From the IMG/VR virus record IMGVR_UViG_3300020043_005694, positions 1 to 41,566 of that record: a stretch of 41,566 nt of DNA; one strand, written 5' to 3'. This DNA is from a virus (lineage: Duplodnaviria > Caudoviricetes). Shown in pieces: positions 35,210 to 41,566 of the stretch. The position numbers and the translations under genes were made by a program. Numbering within the stretch: the first letter of the stretch is position 1; every line of letters begins with the position of its first letter. A model generated the notes under the pieces. That model was not told the origin of the DNA. It saw nothing but the letters and a program-made list of their open reading frames with translations, and ran no database searches.

Positions 35210-36238
35210 CTAAACACCTGTGACACCTGTGAGCACAGCTTGACGGAATGGAGCTGTAGACACGAGCTGTCCACCGAGAACCATAAAGCCGTTAACTGCA
35301 CCTTGGTTGTATGAACGAATCATACCTGTCCATGTGAAAGCATCACCTGGAGCGTAGATACTCTCTCCGTACACGTTACCTTCAATCTTGTTAGCCTTTG
35401 GAGACACACGAGTACCATCAAAGTACTTGAGCGCGTACCAGTCCATGAAGTTCATGTTGAGCATGTAGAAGTTACCAGTTGTAACCTTCTTGTCTCGACT
35501 GATAACCATACCATCCCATCGCTGTTCACTGTAGCCTGAAGTCTGTGCGACGGTTCGGCCACTAGCACTAAAGTCCATGTTATTGCGCTGGAACGGAGTC
35601 TGGAGTTGTTCAAAGTATCCCCAAGTAGTGTAGTCCGTGATGATGAAATCAGGGATAACAGGGCCGTCAGAGATAGAGTTCCAAAGTGTTCGTACTTTTA
35701 CCAAAGAGATAGTTCCACTTGATGCAGTTACTGTAGCGTTAAGGCCAGAGTAGGTTGCACGTGAGAGACCACCGTAGTTAGCTAGGGTTGTACCGTTGTC
35801 AACGATACCAGAAAGACCCATAGGAGCCTTGCCACCGAAGCCTGTACCGTCACCCTGGAGGAAGTTACCGATGTCGTCAGCAGCATCTTGTGCGCGTGAT
35901 TCCATAGTGGTCTTCATCAGGTTGAGGGTTGCAAGCTGGGTGTCGTTAATAGAGAGGTCTGTTCCTGCCAATGCCACGTTAGTAGCCGTAAATGAAGCGT
36001 AAAAAGTCGTGTTTACAGATACTGGTTGCTGTGTGATTGGGAGGAGGTCAAACCCGTTAAACGCTACCGTCGCTGTACCTTTTTGGTACTTGATTGGGAA
36101 GAGCATTTGAGCACCGTTCCACTTCTTTGTCTTCTGCATTACTTTGCCGAAAAAGTAGTTGTCACGGAGAATCTGGTCTACCCATGCTGGTGCGAGATAC
36201 TGGTTGGTTGTGGTTGTAATATTCAATCCTGGAGGCAT
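35210..36238 (-). CDS. Major capsid protein
   Basis: 342 aa after the scaffold; GDGTG...MGLSGIV, YGGLSRATY, PDFIITD, FYMLN, QAVLTGV. Confidence 0.8.
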   Translation of the reverse strand: MPPGLNITTTTNQYLAPAWVDQILRDNYFFGKVMQKTKKWNGAQMLFPIKYQKGTATVAFNGFDLLPITQQPVSVNTTFYASFTATNVALAGTDLSINDTQLATLNLMKTTMESRAQDAADDIGNFLQGDGTGFGGKAPMGLSGIVDNGTTLANYGGLSRATYSGLNATVTASSGTISLVKVRTLWNSISDGPVIPDFIITDYTTWGYFEQLQTPFQRNNMDFSASGRTVAQTSGYSEQRWDGMVISRDKKVTTGNFYMLNMNFMDWYALKYFDGTRVSPKANKIEGNVYGESIYAPGDAFTWTGMIRSYNQGAVNGFMVLGGQLVSTAPFRQAVLTGVTGV

Positions 36239-36250
36239 GATAATTTAATT

Positions 36251-36988
36251 TTAAATGATGCCATTTTCACGGAGCCATCGCTCATGGACATCGTTGTTAA
36301 GGGGTGAATTACCTGAAGCAGTCCCCTGGGTCATCGTTCTAGCGGCTACTTCCTTTGCAGGATTGACCGGCTTTTTAATCTGACCTTCATAGAGTTCCCA
36401 AACGGCGTAGTGGTCGGCATATTCAGTGATATTACCTTCACTATCCTTTGGAGACATTTTCTCTAAAAGCTTCAGAAATCCAGCACGATGTGGGCTGTCA
36501 GATAAGTCTATGTTCCGTTGGTCTTCAATGTTTTCCAACATTTCATCAATACGTCTTTCCGCAGAAGAAACGGCTTGCTGCTCTGACTGTCTGAGGTTCT
36601 GCCATTCTGCAAGAGCTTCCCGTTTTGCTTCATCCTTCGCTCCTAAGAGCGCGGTCTTTAGCAGCTCCGTTGCTTCCCGCAGTTCTGGTGTCTGCGTCCC
36701 GTAAATACGTTCCGCTACATCGAGAAACTGAGCTTGTTCCGTTCGAGAGGATTGTGACTGAGTGATAGCGTCTAGTTTGGCAGCGAGAGCAATTGATGAC
36801 TCTCGTTCGCTTTGAAGCTTTTCCATTAGTCGTCGTTCTCGGCGGTTCTTCGGCTCTGGGTCGCTTGGAATCCCCTCTTCAACTGGTTCCTCTAGTGCCG
36901 TTTCAGGCGTTGGTTCCTGGTTGAAATGAGCGAATGGGTCTTCTTGCTTTTGGTTAAACTCATCGAGAAAGTTTTTTTCTTCTGGCAT
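36251..36988 (-). CDS. Capsid scaffolding protein
   Basis: Acidic N-terminus, coiled-coil body, directly upstream of the capsid gene. Confidence 0.7.
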   Translation of the reverse strand: MPEEKNFLDEFNQKQEDPFAHFNQEPTPETALEEPVEEGIPSDPEPKNRRERRLMEKLQSERESSIALAAKLDAITQSQSSRTEQAQFLDVAERIYGTQTPELREATELLKTALLGAKDEAKREALAEWQNLRQSEQQAVSSAERRIDEMLENIEDQRNIDLSDSPHRAGFLKLLEKMSPKDSEGNITEYADHYAVWELYEGQIKKPVNPAKEVAARTMTQGTASGNSPLNNDVHERWLRENGII

Positions 36989-37073
36989 ATCTTTTTCAAG
37001 ATTAATTGCCTATTTCTAGGACTTTTAAGTAAATTCAGGCTTATTCATCCGAACTGCCTTACAAACGGGGGTA

Positions 37074-37241
37074 TTAATCTTTCTCAGCCATCTCCATCTT
37101 TTTCAGCTTTTTAGCGTGAGAGGCTTCGTCTTTGGACATCCCTTTAAAGATTTTCTTTTCCAGGGCGGCTTTTAAGGCCATTTTCTTATAGTCCTTAGCT
37201 CCTTCTTTTTCCTCTTTGATGTACTCTTTAAGATGAGACAT
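37074..37241 (-). CDS. 55-aa half-ferritin/rubrerythrin-like helical hairpin protein (not in ORF track)
   Basis: MSHLKEYIKEEKEGAKDYKKMALKAALEKKIFKGMSKDEASHAKKLKKMEMAEKD*: E-x6-Y-x20-E-x2-H. Confidence 0.6.
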   Translation of the reverse strand: MSHLKEYIKEEKEGAKDYKKMALKAALEKKIFKGMSKDEASHAKKLKKMEMAEKD

Positions 37242-37250
37242 ACGTGTATG

Positions 37251-37463
37251 TTAATTTTTGTTTTTAGCCCAGTAACTGGTACTACGGTACTTATTACTGT
37301 CGTCAGTACGGTTTTTAAAGTTGCGCATACCAACGGTTTTGTTGTACTTGTGGTTTGAAATAGCACTGCTAATAGCGCCTTTAGCAATAGCGGGAGCTGC
37401 AATCGCTGTGCCTACGGCGTTAGTAACTTTATTTTTAATTGCTTTACCTAAGTGTGAGCTCAT
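37251..37463 (-). CDS. Small basic protein
   Basis: K/N/A-rich, directly after the portal. Confidence 0.6.
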   Translation of the reverse strand: MSSHLGKAIKNKVTNAVGTAIAAPAIAKGAISSAISNHKYNKTVGMRNFKNRTDDSNKYRSTSYWAKNKN

Positions 37464-37472
37464 ATTAATAGA

Positions 37473-39368
37473 TTACATTGGTGGTAACTGGACTTGGTTT
37501 AGTCCGGCATCTGCGGGATTTCGGGCTAGGTTTTGTTCTGGCTCGGTAGTTGCTTCTGGAGCAGTGCCGTCAGGGTTCATACCGGCTTGCATGTTTCCCT
37601 GTGCTTGCATCATTTGTTGCTGTTGCTGGGCCATTTGCATCTGCTGGGCGAAGTCTGGGAAGTTGAGCTGGAGGTAGGCCATTGGGTCAATCTTATAGAG
37701 GACTCCATCAGCAGCAGCTTCGTCAGGGTTTGGGAAGGCCAGCATCTTTAAGAGGGTCTTCGGGCCGATAGCACCTTTATCAAACAGCGCCTGGGCCAAG
37801 TTAATCTCAGTAATCTGGTCACGAGGCCGTAAGGAGTCAGGTGATACGGAAACGAGAAGTGGGGTGTTGAGCTGGGCGTTACTAAGAGTCACATACTCCA
37901 ATGACTTACTTGTACCCATCACGGCAGCAAAGTGTTCTTCATCGTAGAAGACGTAGTAGAGCTGTACGAGCCAGTTAAAGATATTGTCGGCAACCTGTTC
38001 AATTGAATTACCGATTCCACCACCGATACGGGTTGAGTCGTTTTGTTGGTTTAAGATTTGACCACGAGCAGTCGTGTCTTCGTTAGCGGGCTGCGTAGTG
38101 ATGCCCATAATGCCCCAGGACTGGCGTAAATCTGTCTTGGCTATCTCTAGTTCACTAAACACTGAACGAGGCATATCCTGGGCATTTAGAGGCATAATAG
38201 CCTCACCCATAGGAGCACCTGAAGGCACTAAGATTGGATTACCCTTGCGACGCGCTTCAGCAGCTTGCTTGGCAGTCTCTTCGTTAAAGTTATTGCCAGA
38301 AAAAGCGTATGAGTTGTTTGCAGCACTCGTATTGTAGTCGATTTGTTCGGTTCGGCGGCGGATACGGTTCTGGTTTGGAATATTCTGCTCTACGAGAGAG
38401 GTAATGTCGTGTGGCTGTTCCTGGAGAGAGAAGACGGAGAGGAAGGTATACGGCTTTTTAGCTACAGCGAAGTGGTTCTTTGGTTCCTGCATCATGCCTT
38501 CCATTGGTTGACCATCAGGAGTCAAGACTGGCTGTTCGTAATTGAAGTACGGGTTCTTGTACTTGTCTAAGACAATCTCCTGGTAGGTAATGAAAGAGTA
38601 AGAGTCGTCAGCACTCCACCATTCGGTGTAGGTTACAGGGGTTCCCATCTCGCCTTTGACGGATTCAGCAATAGCAGTCTTGTGCTTCGGGAATAAGTCA
38701 GCCAGTTTCTCAGCTGTTACCTTAATACGTTCACCACAGTAGCCGATGAAGTCACCATAAGCATCAACATAGCCTTTAGGGTCGAATATAAAGTCTTGTA
38801 TCTTGCGGTTTTCAATGGTTACGTCGTTCACTTGACCGTTCCAGCCATGTTTCATCACACCAAGGTGGTATATAGACCATTGACGTACCATTAAAGATAG
38901 TTTTCGCTTCAAAATAAGCTGGTCAGCGTGGTATTGGAGCATTACCCGGACAGATTTAGCGATTGCGTCACCTTCTGGAGTGTCGTCAGAATAGACTACT
39001 GGCTCTGGGTTCTTTGAGAGGGCAGCAGCAAGGAAGGTTTCTTCGGCCTCAAACTGAAGGTTAGCGGCAATAGGGAGGTCGTTATCAGTCAGCCACTGTC
39101 CAGAAGCTCGTTTACCGATATACGACTCCTTATTTCGTTCGCAGATTTCTTTGTACTTTGTTTCGTAGGGAGCGTACTGCTTCTCCCACTCGTTTCGGAG
39201 TTTAAGGAGTTCCGTATCGGACATCGAAAGACCAAGCGCACCGACACGCTCACCTTGCGGGCCTTCAGGAGACTCACCAGAGTTCTCCGGGGATTTGTTA
39301 GTACTGCTATTAACCAGGTCAGCTACACCGCTGATGTTTAATGCAAAAGGGTCTGAGGAATCAGCCAT
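37473..39368 (-). CDS. Portal protein
   Basis: 631 aa after the terminase; GVMKHGW, TTARGQIL, Gln-rich tail as in P22-like portals. Confidence 0.85.
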   Translation of the reverse strand: MADSSDPFALNISGVADLVNSSTNKSPENSGESPEGPQGERVGALGLSMSDTELLKLRNEWEKQYAPYETKYKEICERNKESYIGKRASGQWLTDNDLPIAANLQFEAEETFLAAALSKNPEPVVYSDDTPEGDAIAKSVRVMLQYHADQLILKRKLSLMVRQWSIYHLGVMKHGWNGQVNDVTIENRKIQDFIFDPKGYVDAYGDFIGYCGERIKVTAEKLADLFPKHKTAIAESVKGEMGTPVTYTEWWSADDSYSFITYQEIVLDKYKNPYFNYEQPVLTPDGQPMEGMMQEPKNHFAVAKKPYTFLSVFSLQEQPHDITSLVEQNIPNQNRIRRRTEQIDYNTSAANNSYAFSGNNFNEETAKQAAEARRKGNPILVPSGAPMGEAIMPLNAQDMPRSVFSELEIAKTDLRQSWGIMGITTQPANEDTTARGQILNQQNDSTRIGGGIGNSIEQVADNIFNWLVQLYYVFYDEEHFAAVMGTSKSLEYVTLSNAQLNTPLLVSVSPDSLRPRDQITEINLAQALFDKGAIGPKTLLKMLAFPNPDEAAADGVLYKIDPMAYLQLNFPDFAQQMQMAQQQQQMMQAQGNMQAGMNPDGTAPEATTEPEQNLARNPADAGLNQVQLPPM

Positions 39369-39412
39369 AGTATTATAGTATATTCATTAAATGAAAATTG
39401 TATGGTCTATTT

Positions 39413-41083
39413 TCACAGCTCAAACTTGTGTGTCTCAAAGGCAGTGTGAGGGATGTATCCCTCCTGTCCTTGAAGTCCTTTAGGAAACTGAGAAAGACTG
39501 TTTGATATAACTGCGGCCTGTCCTCCACCGAAGCGTTGGAAACCGATATAGGCATAGGCTAGAGTGTGTACGAAGTGGTCAGGGCCGTTTCTTTTCCAAA
39601 CGTACTCAGAGCCATAGAGGGATTTGTCGTCTTTGTCCTTGAGTTCCTTGGTCTTAACTTGCTCTCGGTAGATATAGCCAAAGTGTGAGGCAAACTCCTC
39701 CCATTCTTCAGGGGAGCCGTTAAGACGGATGCGACCAGTATCACGCATTTGTTCGACGATGAGGGTTAATAGGCGGTTACGGTCAATAATTACCTTGCCA
39801 TATTCCTGAGAGGTTCCCCAAGTAGCCATATCAACTGATTTCCTATCCTTACGGTACCAACAGAGGAACACTCTACCGGGATATTTAGCCTGGAGTTTAC
39901 GAACACCAATCAAGTCACCACCCTGGTCGAACATAGCGACAGACTGTTTGTACTTTTGGAGGTGCTCTTCAATGCGGTCATAGGGGTCTTTGTATTGCGC
40001 TAAGGTGGCGTGTTCGTAGTAGAAGACTCCTTCAGCGTTCATAAGACAATAGTGGATACCGTGACCGGTGTCAGCCCCGATAACTACCTTGCTGGTCTGA
40101 GGGTTTACGGTGTCTTCACAGTTCCGGAGCACAACCATTGGTTCAATACGGTCATCTGAAGATACGTATGGAAGGCCAAGAACATAGTTGTAGAAGTACT
40201 GTTTATCCTTATTAGGGTCGTTGAAGGCATCGAGAATGTGTTTAGCAGTCTTATTATGCAGCATCAGCTGGGATACGTGCCAACCGGAGAAGGTTCCAAT
40301 AAGAGGTTTGTTGTTCCAGGGGATACCATCTTTATCTATCCATCGGCCATTAATACGTGCCTCGGTAGGCATTTCCTCTTTACACGCTTTACACTGGAAA
40401 ATCTCCCTCTCTGGGTCAATGGAATCAGGCCAGGTAAGTACGTGCTCATCTTTGCAGTGGGGGCAGGTTACGTGCCATTCCTTTTGGTCTGACTGCTGCC
40501 AATAGATGTCTACCCCGTGACCGGATAAGCTAGGGTGAGAGAAGTACCACCGCCAACCACCGTCTTCCTGGGCTTGAAGGCGAGTTTCATATTGGGTGAT
40601 AACGTCTTGGTCGGAAGCGTCTACTTCGTCGTGGATGTTAAGACCAGACGGAATCATCATCGCTTGTTTTGAGGTAAAGGTACCTCGGTAGAAAATCATG
40701 GAGTCTCCCACGGACTTTTGTTCGATGGTGTCTTTATCCTTCACCCAATCAAGGAGCACGGGGTTCTGGGCGATGATACGGTTAAACGAACCTCCTACCA
40801 TATCTTGAACGTCGCCTTGAGTAGGCAGGGTGTAGATAATCTGACGTTTCTTCTTTTTCGCTACATACAAGGCCTTCAAGGTGTTCATAACGGTGGCCCC
40901 AATTTGCGGGGGTTTCAGCATTACCTGGTGCGGAGAGAAGTCATCGTACATATCCATGAGGAACTTTCTTTTCGTGAAGTCGAGTGGAGTACCGACTTCG
41001 TTCTTAATGGCATACTTTCGTACCCACAGCGAAGGGAACAGTTCCGCAGCAGCAAGGATTTGTTCGTCGGTGTATTCGGTCAT
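39413..41083 (-). CDS. Terminase large subunit (lambda gpA-like ATPase motifs)
   Basis: KPPQIGAT Walker A, IHDEVD Walker B, FSHP, CPHC...CKAC, VLGLPY, IGADTG, PDHFVH. Confidence 0.9.
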   Translation of the reverse strand: MTEYTDEQILAAAELFPSLWVRKYAIKNEVGTPLDFTKRKFLMDMYDDFSPHQVMLKPPQIGATVMNTLKALYVAKKKKRQIIYTLPTQGDVQDMVGGSFNRIIAQNPVLLDWVKDKDTIEQKSVGDSMIFYRGTFTSKQAMMIPSGLNIHDEVDASDQDVITQYETRLQAQEDGGWRWYFSHPSLSGHGVDIYWQQSDQKEWHVTCPHCKDEHVLTWPDSIDPEREIFQCKACKEEMPTEARINGRWIDKDGIPWNNKPLIGTFSGWHVSQLMLHNKTAKHILDAFNDPNKDKQYFYNYVLGLPYVSSDDRIEPMVVLRNCEDTVNPQTSKVVIGADTGHGIHYCLMNAEGVFYYEHATLAQYKDPYDRIEEHLQKYKQSVAMFDQGGDLIGVRKLQAKYPGRVFLCWYRKDRKSVDMATWGTSQEYGKVIIDRNRLLTLIVEQMRDTGRIRLNGSPEEWEEFASHFGYIYREQVKTKELKDKDDKSLYGSEYVWKRNGPDHFVHTLAYAYIGFQRFGGGQAAVISNSLSQFPKGLQGQEGYIPHTAFETHKFEL

Positions 41084-41085
41084 AA

Positions 41086-41373
41086 TTAATCCCAGCTATA
41101 TGTTGTTTCTGAATAAGGGTCATTTCGGTCAGGTTGATAAGGAGGGACAATAGATTTTTCGTAATAGTCCGATTTAGGTTTAGATTCTATGGACTTAATA
41201 ATATTCCGTAAGTCATCTAATTCTACAGGCTTAACCGGCTCAGGCTCTTTAATGGCCTCAAAAGGAACACTACTATTCCAACGGGTACTACGGCAAGAAT
41301 GATTAGGGCAACGACGAGGAGGTATCAAACTACGTTGAAACCATTGGTGATTACATTTAATACAGTTAAACAT
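41086..41373 (-). CDS. Zinc-ribbon protein upstream of the terminase (start revised)
   Basis: MFNCIKCNHQW...PRRCPNHSCRSTRWN; TATTCT 6 nt before ATG. Confidence 0.65.
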   Translation of the reverse strand: MFNCIKCNHQWFQRSLIPPRRCPNHSCRSTRWNSSVPFEAIKEPEPVKPVELDDLRNIIKSIESKPKSDYYEKSIVPPYQPDRNDPYSETTYSWD

Positions 41374-41383
41374 AACTAGAGAA

Positions 41384-41453
41384 TACACCGGTGTAGGCAA
41401 TATGGGTGAAATATATCCACATATGGAATCCATATACGGAATCCACATATGGA
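41384..41453. repeat. 12-bp palindrome plus 3 x 13-bp tandem repeat
   Basis: TACACCGGTGTA 41384-41395; ATCCACATATGGA/ATCCATATACGGA/ATCCACATATGGA 41415-41453. Confidence 0.75.
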
Positions 41454-41566
41454 CTTAGATATAAATCTATGGCGGTTTTTTTGGGTTTTAGGGTAGTGGT
41501 TGTCTGGAAATTAAAGTATTACAGCGTGGAAATAGCACTATAGGGTAGTTAATACCCTCCCTGGGG

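Larger units (their letters stand above)
1480..41566. mobile_element. Near-complete ~40 kb tailed phage genome, podovirus-like
   Basis: Terminase, portal, scaffold, capsid, tail, ejection, lysis and replication modules in coherent order; no host housekeeping context. Confidence 0.9.

Noticed and set aside
16859-41153. Many plus-strand ORFs across the late arm
   Set aside because: Antisense to well-supported structural genes, lacking promoters or motifs
1480-41566. Stop-codon reassignment, or an integrated prophage with att sites
   Set aside because: Genes are full length and tightly packed under the standard code with all three stops used; no integrase or flanking att repeat seen

Overview
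The window appears to join two unrelated viral DNAs. Bases 1 to ~1480 are a very AT-rich fragment (end of a PD-(D/E)XK nuclease, a P-loop kinase, a nucleotidyltransferase that breaks off at ~1480). Bases ~1480-41566 are a near-complete ~40 kb tailed phage with a podovirus-like layout (no tape measure; ejection proteins present). It has a leftward GroES/GroEL operon (1913-4547) and a divergent control region rich in predicted RNA structure (4550-4990). A rightward early arm carries a CHAP hydrolase, exonuclease, lambda-O-like initiator with internal iterons, helicase, CHC2 zinc finger, NinG, YopX, many small ORFs and a Cys-rich cassette. A long leftward late arm runs from terminase, portal, scaffold and capsid through tail and ejection proteins to lysis genes and a DnaA-domain-IV-like HTH protein. 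No integrase, CRISPR array or canonical tRNA was seen. Most genes have AT-rich leaders without Shine-Dalgarno sites, suggesting a Patescibacteria- or Bacteroidota-like host (inference only). Best leads: a tRNA/tmRNA-like fold ahead of the chaperonin operon; a 55-aa half-ferritin-like gene in the head module that the ORF track missed; a DnaA-HTH-like protein together with DnaA boxes at phage promoters; promoter-to-terminator small RNAs; a switchable rep leader; and an SD-bearing zinc-finger cassette. All calls are by-eye motif recognition; no searches or folding programs were run.
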